A stretch of 64,000 nucleotides of DNA from an uncultured delta proteobacterium (GTDB taxonomy: Bacteria; Desulfobacterota; Binatia; Bin18). The position numbers and the translations under genes are program-made. The stretch lies in NCBI GenBank assembly GCA_963733195.1, contig CAVTCR010000062.1:224001-288000 (forward strand), read 5' to 3'. The stretch's first letter is position 1, and every line of letters starts with the position of its first letter. Shown piece by piece: positions 1 through 9,830 of the stretch. Below the pieces are notes generated by a model. That model saw nothing but the letters and a program-made list of their open reading frames with translations, was not told where the DNA came from and searched no databases.

Positions 1-2
1 GC

Positions 3-1469
3 CAGTCAATCTCTGATTACGCCTTCTCTTTTCGCATTGGCGATCAGGGGGAGCCGACGCTTGAATGGCTCACCGACAGTTTTACCCAAGTCACGGGGTA
101 TCCAGTCTTCGAAGTGGTGGGCAAGCCTAATCCACTGTCGCATTACGTCCATCCTGAGGATCTCGGTCGGCTCCTGCGCACCATCAAGAACTTGCAACCG
201 GGAAAATCCATCACCTACGAATTCCGCATCATCCGTAAGGATGGCGCGATGTGCTGGCTGCAGTCGCGTGTCCAGGCAATTAGCGACGAGACCGGCAAGC
301 TAGTACGCCTCTATGGAGCCGCCCGCGACATCACCGAGCGCAAGCTGGCTGATACTGCCCTGCGTGAGAGCGAACAGCGGTATCGCGCCGTCGTGGAAAC
401 GCAAACTGAGCTGATCTGTCGTTTCCTGCCTGATACGACGCTGACCTTTGTGAATGAAGCCTATTGTCGCTACTTTGGCAAGTCGCGCAAGGAGTTGCTC
501 GGCACCAGCTTCTTAGCTTTGATTCCTGAGCATGCGCAGCCTGCGGCCAAAGCGCATATCGACTCTCTTGTTGCTCACCCGCGTCTCGTGGTCAATGAAC
601 ATGAGGTGATCGCTGCCGGAGGAGACCTTCGTTGGCAACGGTGGACGGATCAGAGCATTGTTGACGAAACTGGTCAACTGATAGAGTTTCAATCAACTGG
701 GCTGGATATCACTGAACGAAAGCGCACCGAAGAGGCACTGCGCCAGCTACAGGCGGAACTCGCCCACGTCAGTCAAGTTCTAACGGTGGGGGAGATGGCG
801 GCCTCGATCGCTCACGAGGTCAACCAGCCGCTCGGCGCGATCGTCGGCAATGCCGATATTTGCCTGCGGTTACTCGCAAACAAGACGCCCGATCTGGATC
901 AGGCGCGCGACGCCCTATCTGACATCATCAAGGACGGGCACCGGGCAAGCGACGTGATCGCCCGCATTCGCGCACTCGTCAAGAAAGGAGTCCTGCAAAA
1001 GACGAGCTTCGACCTCAACGAGGTCATCCGCGAAGCCACTGTGCTTGTCGGCCATGAAATACAGAGAAATCATATCAGACTGCGGACCAACTTTGCCGCC
1101 GACCTCCCGCCTACACTCGGTGACCGCGTTCAATTAGGACAGGTGATGCAGAACCTAATCATGAACGGGATCGAGGCTATGAGTCAGATCAAGGAACGAT
1201 CCCGGGAACTCGTCATCAGGTCTGAGAGAGACGGTGAGAGCGGGGTGCTGGTCGCGGTACAGGACTGTGGCGTCGGGATCGACCCGCAGGAGGCGAAGCG
1301 GATGTTCACAGCCTTCTACACAACCAAGCCAGGAGGGATGGGCATGGGGTTGGCGATTTGCCGCTCGATCGTCGAGGCGCACGGTGGTCGGCTGTGGGTC
1401 GGGCCAAACGTCGGGCCGGGGTCAACCTTCCAGTTCACTCTCCCGTCCGGTTGTGAGGAAGAGAGATGA
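3..1469 (+). CDS. PAS-domain sensor histidine kinase (5'-truncated by window edge)
   Basis: Frame is open from nt 3 (QSISDYAFSFRIG...) into ORF 114..1469; two PAS/PAC repeats, H-box SIAHEVNQP, N-box NLIMNGIEA, G-boxes DCGVG and GMGMGL. Confidence 0.9.
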   Translation, partial: QSISDYAFSFRIGDQGEPTLEWLTDSFTQVTGYPVFEVVGKPNPLSHYVHPEDLGRLLRTIKNLQPGKSITYEFRIIRKDGAMCWLQSRVQAISDETGKLVRLYGAARDITERKLADTALRESEQRYRAVVETQTELICRFLPDTTLTFVNEAYCRYFGKSRKELLGTSFLALIPEHAQPAAKAHIDSLVAHPRLVVNEHEVIAAGGDLRWQRWTDQSIVDETGQLIEFQSTGLDITERKRTEEALRQLQAELAHVSQVLTVGEMAASIAHEVNQPLGAIVGNADICLRLLANKTPDLDQARDALSDIIKDGHRASDVIARIRALVKKGVLQKTSFDLNEVIREATVLVGHEIQRNHIRLRTNFAADLPPTLGDRVQLGQVMQNLIMNGIEAMSQIKERSRELVIRSERDGESGVLVAVQDCGVGIDPQEAKRMFTAFYTTKPGGMGMGLAICRSIVEAHGGRLWVGPNVGPGSTFQFTLPSGCEEER

Positions 1470-2128
1470 GTGAAGAGTCGCCCGTCGTTTTCATCGTCGA
1501 GGATGATCCGTCGTTTTGCACGTTCCTGAAGCGCCTGGTCAACCTTTTGGGCATAGAGTCAAAAGCTTTTGCGTCGGCGGAAGAATTTTTGCACAATGCT
1601 CCCCTGGATACCCACGGATGTTTGGTCCTCGATATCCAGATGCCTGGTATGAATGGCCTTGAGTTACAGCGTGAACTTGCCCACGCGGGCATTCTGTTGC
1701 CAGTCATATTCATCACTGGTCATGGTGATATTCCAATGTCGGTGCAAGCGATGAGGGCGGGGGCTGTCCATTTTCTGTCCAAGCCACTGCGGAACCAGGA
1801 GTTGCTAGACGCGATTCGGGAGGCGATCAAACTGGACCGGGAGGCAAGACGACAGCAGATGGAACTGACAATCCTGCGTGGGCAGTATGATTTGCTCTCC
1901 GCCCGTGAACGTGAAGTGTTTGCGTTAGTCGTCGCTGGGCTGCTCAACAAGCAGGTCGCCGAGAAATTAGGCACCAGCGAACGAACAGTGAAGGCCCACC
2001 GCAGTCAAATCATGAGAAAGATGCAGGCCCAGTCACTGGTAGATTTGGTTCGTATGGCTGATAAATTAGGCCTCGAGCCGCCAAAAGCTGAAGATCCTTA
2101 TAGGGTTAGTATCGCCAAAGATCAATAG
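1466..2128 (+). CDS. FixJ/NodW/TodT-type response regulator (REC + LuxR HTH)
   Basis: VEDD, LDIQMPGMNG, FITGHGD, LSAREREV...GLLNKQVA; ATGA overlap with the kinase. Confidence 0.92.
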   Translation: MSEESPVVFIVEDDPSFCTFLKRLVNLLGIESKAFASAEEFLHNAPLDTHGCLVLDIQMPGMNGLELQRELAHAGILLPVIFITGHGDIPMSVQAMRAGAVHFLSKPLRNQELLDAIREAIKLDREARRQQMELTILRGQYDLLSAREREVFALVVAGLLNKQVAEKLGTSERTVKAHRSQIMRKMQAQSLVDLVRMADKLGLEPPKAEDPYRVSIAKDQ

Positions 2129-2168
2129 CTTGGCTAAATCAGACCTGCACGCAAAAGTACCCGCCCAA

Positions 2169-2205
2169 TTGCCCCAAAGGGCAAATCGACTGCACCAAAG
2201 GACAG
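2169..2205. promoter_or_regulatory. Pair of imperfect palindromes, candidate response-regulator boxes
   Basis: TTGCCCCAAAGGGCAA (2169-2184) and CTGCACCAAAGGACAG (2190-2205), starts 21 bp apart, between the regulator and the next gene. Confidence 0.35.
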
Positions 2206-2403
2206 CTTTATCCCCTTCCTGCTCCGATATATGCTCTGCCACGGAAAAGTTACCTGCGAGTTTCGCTCACACTTTGCGATAGAACACGGAGAATAGTCAC
2301 TTTTAGTGATTTTCACTCTATGTGGTCTTCCTTAGGGGCTCTTCGCCTATTCCAGTGCAAACTCCTGTAATGATACCCCAAACTGTGTTGTTAAGGAGTT
2401 CAA

Positions 2404-4410
2404 ATGGTTCAAGCCAAGAAGACGTTAACTCAGACATCAGCCGAGTCAGCTCTGTGCTTTGGTCCGTTCCGTTTGGAGATGAGCAAGCGGCTGTGGCGCG
2501 GAGACCGCCTCGTGGAGGTACGCCCGCGACCTCTGGCCGTGCTGCGCTACTTGGCCGAGCGGCGGGGCCGGTTGGTAACCGCAGAGGAGTTGCTCAGGCA
2601 GCTGTGGCCCGGCATCTACGTGACCAGGACCGTGTTGCGGGTCTGTGTGCATGAGCTGCGGCAAGCCTTGCAGGATAACCCTGAGACTCCTGAGTTTATC
2701 GAGACCGTGGGTCGCCAGGGGTATCGATTCATTGCTCCCATCTCCACCCCCACCAATGCCCCTCTCGTTATCAGGAATCAGTGGTTAGTTGTCAGTTCAG
2801 ACAAAGAAAAAACGCAGCTCCCACAACTGGCAACTGATAACTCGTCCTCAGTAACTAACAACTGGCAACTGACCACTCACTTGGTCGGACGCCAGAAGGA
2901 ACTCGCTCGTCTGCGCGATGCATTCGAGCGGGCGCAGCGGGGGGAGCGACAGAGTGTGTTTCTCTCTGGCGAGGCAGGGATTGGCAAGACTGCTCTGGTA
3001 GATCACTTGCTCACCCAGATGTCAGCAAGTGGCCCTGTGTGGATCGGCCGCGGGCAGTGCCTCGAACACCATTGCCTGGGGGAAGCCTATTTACCGTTGT
3101 TGGAAGCGTTGGGACAATTGTGCCAGGATCCGAAAGGAGAGCCAGTGCGGGCGGCACTCAGCCGCTATGCACCGCTGTGGCTGGCGCAGATGCCGGGGCT
3201 GCTGAAGACTGGCGAGCGAGAAGCAGTACAGCGACAGCTACAAAACAGTGGACACGAACGGATGTTGCGGGAGTTTGTCGAGGCTGTCGAGGCAATGGCG
3301 GCTGAGACAATGGTGGTACTGGTGTTCGAGGACCTACAGTGGAGTGACTCGGCGACGCTTGATGCGTTAACATACCTGGCCCGGCGGTGGAGCCCTATCC
3401 GGTTGTACCTTATCGGCACCTATCGGCCGGCGGAAGCGGTAGTGAGTGGGCATCCGTTGCCGCAGATGCTGCAGGAGTTGTACGGGCGGCGGCAATGCGA
3501 GGAACTGGCGTTGGAGCTTTTCACCGAAGCAGAGGTGGAAGAGTATCTCAGGCGGCGCTTAGGCCAGAGCTTCCCCGTCAGCACCGTAAGCGAGCTGGTC
3601 TACCGTTATACTGACGGGAACGCGCTGTTCATGGTGAACTTTGTGGACTACCTGTTGGAACAGGGGCTGCTGGTCAACACTGGTAGTCAGGTGGAGTTAC
3701 GAGTAGAGGGGGCAGTACTTAAGGAACTGATGCCAAGGACGCTGCAGCAGCTGGTTCTGCGGCAAATCGAAAGGCTAAACATCGAGGAGCAATATTTGCT
3801 CGGGGTCGCCAGCGTTGGTGGCAGGACCTTCACGGCGGCAGAGGTGGCGGCAGTAATAGGGCGTAGACTGGAAGAGGTGGAAGGGGTGTATGATCGTTTA
3901 GCGGCTACAGAGCAGTTGATCCAGGCAGAGGAAGCGAAGGAGTGGCCGGACGGAACGCTCACGACGCGGTATCGATTTCGGCACGCGTTATATCAGCAGG
4001 TGCTGTATGAGCAGTTGGGCCAAGCGCGGCGTGTACGCCTCCACCGCCACATCGGTGAATGGAAAGAGAGAAAATACAGAGACCAGGCCGCGGAGATTGC
4101 GGGGGAGTTGGCTAGACATTTTACCGAAGGGCGGGACTATCGCCGGGCGGTGAAGTATCACTACCAGGTAGGAAAAACTGCGCTGCGTCACAGTGCATAC
4201 CGCGAAGCGATCGACCACTGCAAAGAGGGGCTTGGCCTGCTAGAGCGGGTACCCGATACCTCCAAGTACCAGTGGCAAGAAGTGGCCCTACGGAAGACCC
4301 TGAATACCGCATTAATAGCGACTCAAAGCTTTGGGGCGGAGGAGTTGGTGCAGAATCTCTTCGATCCTCTCCATGAGAGAAAGTTTTCCACCAGTAAGGT
4401 ATTGCACTAG
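2404..4410 (+). CDS. Winged-helix (Trans_reg_C) + AAA ATPase regulator, C-terminal TPR region probably truncated
   Basis: N-terminal OmpR-type wHTH (FGPFRL...IETVGRQGYRFI), Walker A GEAGIGKT, Walker B FEDLQWSD, GNALF, YRFRHAL. Confidence 0.85.
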   Translation: MVQAKKTLTQTSAESALCFGPFRLEMSKRLWRGDRLVEVRPRPLAVLRYLAERRGRLVTAEELLRQLWPGIYVTRTVLRVCVHELRQALQDNPETPEFIETVGRQGYRFIAPISTPTNAPLVIRNQWLVVSSDKEKTQLPQLATDNSSSVTNNWQLTTHLVGRQKELARLRDAFERAQRGERQSVFLSGEAGIGKTALVDHLLTQMSASGPVWIGRGQCLEHHCLGEAYLPLLEALGQLCQDPKGEPVRAALSRYAPLWLAQMPGLLKTGEREAVQRQLQNSGHERMLREFVEAVEAMAAETMVVLVFEDLQWSDSATLDALTYLARRWSPIRLYLIGTYRPAEAVVSGHPLPQMLQELYGRRQCEELALELFTEAEVEEYLRRRLGQSFPVSTVSELVYRYTDGNALFMVNFVDYLLEQGLLVNTGSQVELRVEGAVLKELMPRTLQQLVLRQIERLNIEEQYLLGVASVGGRTFTAAEVAAVIGRRLEEVEGVYDRLAATEQLIQAEEAKEWPDGTLTTRYRFRHALYQQVLYEQLGQARRVRLHRHIGEWKERKYRDQAAEIAGELARHFTEGRDYRRAVKYHYQVGKTALRHSAYREAIDHCKEGLGLLERVPDTSKYQWQEVALRKTLNTALIATQSFGAEELVQNLFDPLHERKFSTSKVLH

Positions 4411-4455
4411 CAAATGGTGAAACAAAAAGTCGCAAGGGAGGAACCTTCATGAGGC

Positions 4456-4497
4456 AGGCTACAAGAACGCAGGCGTGCACCTGCGTTCTTGTAGCCT
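4456..4497. repeat. Perfect 18-bp inverted repeat hairpin (possible terminator)
   Basis: AGGCTACAAGAACGCAGG-cgtgca-CCTGCGTTCTTGTAGCCT downstream of the regulator; no U-tract. Confidence 0.7.
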
Positions 4498-4548
4498 TGG
4501 GGTGCGTGTCCGACATTTGAATGCGTATTGGATAACGTAACGCACCGG

Positions 4549-4599
4549 AGCGCGGGAACGAGCGGAACTGACACGTTGACCAAGGAAAAAGATCGCAAA
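4549..4599 (+). repeat. 51-bp diverged direct repeat, copy 1 (copy 2 at 7147-7197)
   Basis: 41/51 identical by manual ungapped alignment; core ACTGACACGTT(G/A)AC. Confidence 0.75.
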
Positions 4600-4880
4600 A
4601 GGTTGGTTAAGTTCTCAAGTCGATCGACGCGCAGACAGCGATTTTCCCGTAGTCTGCCAGCAGGTGTAGCCTGACCTACGGGTTCAAGAGTCGGGAAAAA
4701 GAGAAAATGGATAAATGAGGAAACGGCTACAGGTATTGTTCTCTTCCTTTTCGCTTCTTACCCTTCCCACCGTTTCTCTCTTTCTCTCCCTGTCCATAGG
4801 ACGGGCCTGTGCTCGCCGTCGTTAGTTACTCGTAGCAGCGGAAAGGTTACTGAGCAGTTCGCGACAGAAAGGAGAAAAGT

Positions 4881-6804
4881 ATGTCGAAGGATAACGGCTT
4901 TACAAATGCATTGGAGCGGGTCAAGGTCGCGCTTGCGGCAATGGGTTCTGGGAATCCCCAGCCGTATATCGACTGCTGGGCGCAGTCTGACGATACCACG
5001 CTCTTCGGGGCCTGGGGCACGCTGTGAACACGATGGGGGAGTGGCGGAGACAGAGAGTTGGAGGGCTAGGAGGATGGCGGAGGGAACAGAAGAGCGCCTG
5101 TAGATGCGTATGCGCGGGAAGCCACAGCGCTTGCATTGGCAGATGCGACGTTGACGCTGTGGGCGTATGTGATGCAGCCGACGTTTAGCGCAGGTGTTTG
5201 CGGAGTATCGAGGGTCGGAGTTTTGAGGAGACGCTGACCTTTGCGCGATTTGTGGATTTGATTGGGGACGCGCTGGTGGAACATAAGGGGAGTGGGAGGC
5301 AGAGTTTTACGCGGGCGCAGGAGCAGGGGACGTTGGAGACATCGAGTGAAGCGGTGTACGGGAAGTTGCGGCGGGTGCCGTTAAGTTGAGTTGGGTCTTA
5401 CCGAAGGGACGGCGCGGTTGCGGGCGTTACTGCCGCCGCACATCGGCCGTCGGAGTTGCCGCAGTATCGCGACTAACGGTCGTGGTGGGCGATGGCAAGA
5501 CGCTCAAGCGCGTGGCAAGCGCTTACTGCCGCGCGGGGCGCGGCAGGCAAGGTGTATGGGGGAAGTTACTCGTGGCGTTTCTCCAGTCAGGGCGTCGCGT
5601 GGCGCTGGCGCGATCCGGATGGGGAGCGCAATGAGTGTCGGTTAGTGCCCAGGTGGTGGAGCAAACGCGCACGTGGTGAGCGGCCCCCGGTTGTGGGTGT
5701 TAGATCGGCAGTTTTGTGATCTCGTGCAAACGGCCGCTGTAGCGAGGACGGGGATCACTTTCTGATACGCTATCATACGAAGGTACGCTTCTGTCCCGCT
5801 CCCACCCAGACGGCGGTAGTCACGCAGGATGCCCAGGGGCGGCGCGTGTGGAAGACTGGGGCTGGTTAGGAGCGGAGACCAATCCGCAGCCGGCGTTCGT
5901 GCGCCGCCTCACCTTAACGCGGCCTGGGGAAGAGCCCATCATCTGGTGACGGATCTGCTGAACGCGGTACGCTACCCGCAGCGATCTGCTCACCGTGTAC
6001 CTAGCCCGCTGGGGGATTGAGCGAGTCTTTCAACAGATCACCGAGGTCTTCGCCCTGCGCCGGTTGATTGGCAGTGCGCCGCAAGCCACGGTGTTTCAAG
6101 CCGCGTTCTGCCTCTTGCTCTACAATATGGTCCAGGCGCTGCGCGGCTACATCGCGCTGGCCCAACCCGAGCCGTGTCTGGCCGAAGCCGTGTCGGCGGA
6201 ACAGCTCTTTTATGACGTGCAGCGAGAGCTGACCGCCGTCAGCGTTCTTGTTCCACCGCTGATGGTGGTCACCGCCTATACCGAGGAGTTGTCACAGGAA
6301 GAACTCTGTCAGCGTCTGCACGGTTTGTTAGATTCGGTCTGGACCCCGCGCTGGCGCAAAGCCGTGAATACCAAGCCCCGGCCCAAAGTCGCCAAAGCGA
6401 AACGGTCTGGCGCCCATAGTCGATGCACCGCTTGTTACATGCAGCTCGTCAGGAACATCGCGTGGAGGCTGCGGTTGCCTAAGCAAAGGTGTTCACAGCT
6501 AGTGGGCTCTGGGGTCCCCATTGAGAAGGGCTATCGGCAGCTCACGGAGACCTTCCGTTGGGTCGGCAGTCGCTTCAAGGGTGGGCCGTTGGTTCCAGAG
6601 AACACCGTCGTGTTTTCCAGCGGCGACCTCGCCTATACGGTTGGCTTTGAGCGGGGCGAGGTCGTTGTGGATGGTGGCGCGAAGCATCCGATGACCATCC
6701 GCGTGACCCATGTCTACCGACGGTTTGGCGATGAGTGGCGGCTGGTACATCGCCACGCGGACTTTCCCCCGGAGGACCAGAGGAGTATGGCTGATGCCGC
6801 CTGA
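4881..6804 (+). pseudogene. SnoaL/NTF2-like (YybH-type) protein interrupted by IS
   Basis: RBS AGGAG, then MSKDNGFTNALERVKVALAAMGSGNPQPYIDCWAQSDDTTLFGAWG up to 5017; resumes after 6505 as PIEKGY...SGDLAYTVGFERG...RVTHVYRR..EWRLVHRHAD. Confidence 0.8.
5018..6504 (+). mobile_element. IS4-family-like insertion sequence with frameshifted DDE transposase
   Basis: Terminal IRs CAC--GCTGTGAACAC (5018-5031) and GTGTTCACAGCTAGTG (6489-6504); approximate target duplication GGCCTGGGG / GGCTCTGGGG; fragments VVVGDGKTLK and YLARWGIERVF (Y-x2-R-x3-E signature). Confidence 0.85.
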
Positions 6805-6879
6805 AGAATTCGAAGAGGTTCTTCGCTTCCGGTTCCCCTGGCACTTGAGTGACGATCACGTGGCGATGGTCTGCCAAGC

Positions 6880-7123
6880 GGAAGTGATCGCCACTCCGTA
6901 GACCCTGGCCGCCAATCCTGATCTTGCCTATCCGCAGACACGCGGCGCCCGCCCACCAGATTTGGCAGAGCGGGCCCAGTACTTTGCCGCAGTGGGTGCC
7001 CTGGCAGTGGAAGATGTCGAGGTACAAAGACTGATGGCTGAAGTGTTTAGTCTTGCCAAGCCGTTGTCAGTCTTGCGGGAAGAGCTACTGCAGAGTCGGG
7101 TGCTTGAGCAAATGAGAAAATAA
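6880..7123 (+). pseudogene. C-terminal remnant of an FAD-dependent oxidoreductase/monooxygenase-like gene
   Basis: Reads DLAYPQTRGARPPDLAERAQYFAAVGALAVEDVEVQRLMAEVFSLAKPLSVLREE...MRK*; no start codon or N-terminal domain; family assigned from memory. Confidence 0.4.
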
Positions 7124-7146
7124 ACAGTGCTGTAGAACAAAAACAC

Positions 7147-7197
7147 AGCGTAGGAGCGAACGGGACTGACACGTTAACAAAGAAGAAAGATCACAAA
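7147..7197 (+). repeat. 51-bp diverged direct repeat, copy 2
   Basis: Aligns with 4549-4599; lies where the minus-strand antitoxin-like ORF appears cut. Confidence 0.75.
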
Positions 7198-7408
7198 GAA
7201 ATCTAGACTTTCCTCTATCTCCCCGGCATTGAAACGGCGCTCGAATTCGTCAGAGGTCAACTCATACTGAGACTCGAAGGTCTGCAGCCGTTGAGCAGTC
7301 CTTTGCAAACTCAGTTCCAGCATCCGTAGTTCAGAACGCAGAGCCGATTCGATCAACGGCTTGAGCACGATTTGCGCGTTAGTTGTGATAGTGATCTGTT
7401 GAGCTATA
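7174..7408 (-). pseudogene. Small antitoxin-like hypothetical protein, probably truncated
   Basis: AQQITITT...LKPLIESALRSELRMLELSLQRTAQRLQTFESQYELTSDEFERRFNAGEIEESLDF; putative start reads ATA; 3' end runs into the repeat. Confidence 0.45.
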
Positions 7409-7521
7409 GGTGTCTTGCTCCAACGCTTGTACGGCGCTCACGATAGTAAGGCTTTCCCGAAGCGGAAGACGTTTGACAAGCGAGGGGAATCGGCAGGATA
7501 ATCCGCGGCTAGAGAGGGGGA

Positions 7522-9522
7522 GTGATGGCTGGCCAGACGCCTTCAGTCGGGATGTCGCGCAAGCTGGCGGCGATCTTCAGCACCGATGTCGCGGGTTACA
7601 GCCGCCTCATGGGCGACGATGAAGAAGCCACTATCCGTACCCTTACCGCCTACCGTGAAGTCATCTCCTCTTTGATCCAGCACCACCGTGGCCGGGTAGT
7701 CGATGCGCCCGGCGATAATCTGCTGGCCGAGTTCGCCAGTGTGGTTGATGCGGTGCGCTGCGCGGTGGAGATTCAGCAGGAACTCAAAGCCAAGAATGCC
7801 GAGCTGCCTGAACATCGTCAAATGCGGTTTCGTGTCGGCATCAACCTGGGCGATGTGATTGTCGAGGGCGAGCGATTGTACGGCGATGGGGTCAACATCG
7901 CCGCCCGGCTGGAGAGTCTCGCTGAGCCGGGCGGGATTTGCATTTCGGGCACCGTGCATGACCACGTCAAGAACAAACTGGCACTGAGCTATGAGGACCT
8001 GGGTGAGCAAGTAGTGAAGAATATCGCCGACCCGGTGCGGGTGTACCGAGTATCGGAAGCGATCCCCTCTCCCCTCGTGGGAGAGTGGCCAGGGTGGGGG
8101 GACTGTCAGGAAAGCAGAGAGTGCAAAGTTCCAGGTTCACGGTTCAAAGTCAGAAGTTGAGCGTAGGGCGGGCTTTGCCCGCCAAAAATGGACGATAGTG
8201 GCTGTGACTGGCTTGCTGCTCATCGCGGCAACTATTGGGGCCGTTCGCTATTGGTTTTCTCCGATCCCTAACCCCCAACCCCCAACCCCTAGCACCCAAT
8301 CCGCACTGAGGAGGCGCTTCGCTGCTGCCCGACAAACCCTCCATTGTCGTGCTGCCCTTCGTCAACATGAGTAAAGACCCCGAGCAAGAGTATTTCAGCG
8401 ACGGTTTCACCGAAGATCTGATGACTGACCTCTCCAAGATCTCCAGCCTCTTTGTCATCTCCCGCAACTCGGCTTTCACCTACAAGGGCAAAGCGGTGAA
8501 GGTGAAAGAGATCAGCAATGAGCTGGGGGTGCGGTATGTGCTGGAAGGCAGTGTAGCAGAAGGCCGGCCAGCAGGTACGAATCAACGCCCAGTTGATCGA
8601 TTCCACGACAGGAAATCATCTGTGGGCGGAGCGTTATGATCGAGCACTGAAAGACATCTTCGCTCTGCAAGATGAGATCATACAGAAGATTGTGTTCGCG
8701 CTGAAAGTGAAACTAACAGCGGAGGAACAAGAACGGTTTTAGGCGCGCTCCCTACGGACAACCTGGAAGCCTATGATTTTTTCTTGCGCGGACTGGAGTA
8801 CTTATCTCCGCACTACAGGAAAGACACGAATGCCCAGGCGCGGCAGATGTTTGAGAAGGCTGTTGAGTTGGACCCCAAGTATGCAGGGGCGTACATGAGC
8901 CTGGGTGCGACTTACTGGTTAGAGTGGGTCTTGCAGTGGAGTTCGGACCCCCAGAACTTAGAGCGGGCCTTTGAACTGATACAAAGAGCGATAGCCCTGG
9001 ATGACTCCTTGTCCGGACCCCATGTGTTATTAGGTGATCTCTATCTGGCGAAAAAGCAGTATGAGCCAGGCCATTGCCGAGTTGGAGCGAGCTATCGTTC
9101 TCGACCCCAATAATGCTTTTGGTTATGCGGACCTGGGGAATATTTTGACTTTTGCCGGGAGGCCGGAGGAAGCCATCGGGTTGACGGAGAAGGCAATACG
9201 CCTTGATCCTCATTATCCGCCCATTTGGATATGGATGTTAGGCCACGCCTACCGCTTGGCAGGACGATATGAAGAAGCAATTGCCGCCCAGAAAAGAGCC
9301 ATCGTACGTAACCCCGATATACCGGTTCAGTCGGCCCACCTTGAACTGGCTGTCATTTATAGTGAGTTAGGCCGGGAGGAAGAGGCTCAAGCTGAAGCGG
9401 TGGAAGTTCTCAAAATAAATCCCCATTTTTCTCTTGAGGTTGCAAGGCAGATCTGGCCTTACAAGGATCCAGCAGTATTAGAGCGCATGCTTGCCGCCCT
9501 GCGTAAGGCTGGGCTCAAATAA
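7522..9522 (+). CDS. Class III adenylate/guanylate cyclase + TolB-like + TPR protein (several frameshifts)
   Basis: RKLAAIFSTDVAGYS, GDGVNIAARLE; PDKPSIVVLPFVNMS..EQEYFSDG; TPR repeats; ends LAALRKAGLK; split over ORFs 7522, 8349, 8784, 9034. Confidence 0.88.
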
Positions 9523-9830
9523 TGGAGAGTGGAGAATTGAAAATTGAGAATGGGGAAACAAGCTGGAGGCTGAGGGAAGAGGGGATGAAAAATGATGAGT
9601 GAGAGACGAGGAGTGAAAGCAGAGCGAAGTACTCTCATTTTTGGGCGGAGGTTGATTCGTCGTCTACGACTCCTCGCAATGATAGTATCACCTTGGCTGC
9701 CAATCTCTTCACTTCGTCCAGGAGTGTGTCTCGCCCGAAGATTCATCATGGACACGACGGAAAGCAACCTCTCTTTCCAGGTTTCTTCTTTTACTCATCA
9801 TTCATCATTCTGCGTTCCTCATTCTCTTCG

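Noticed and set aside
5995-6804. ORF as a genuine transposase-SnoaL fusion protein
   Set aside because: Explained by read-through across the IS right end into the interrupted gene
4549-7197. DGR template/variable repeat pair
   Set aside because: Mismatching adenines occur in both copies rather than one template, and no reverse transcriptase is present
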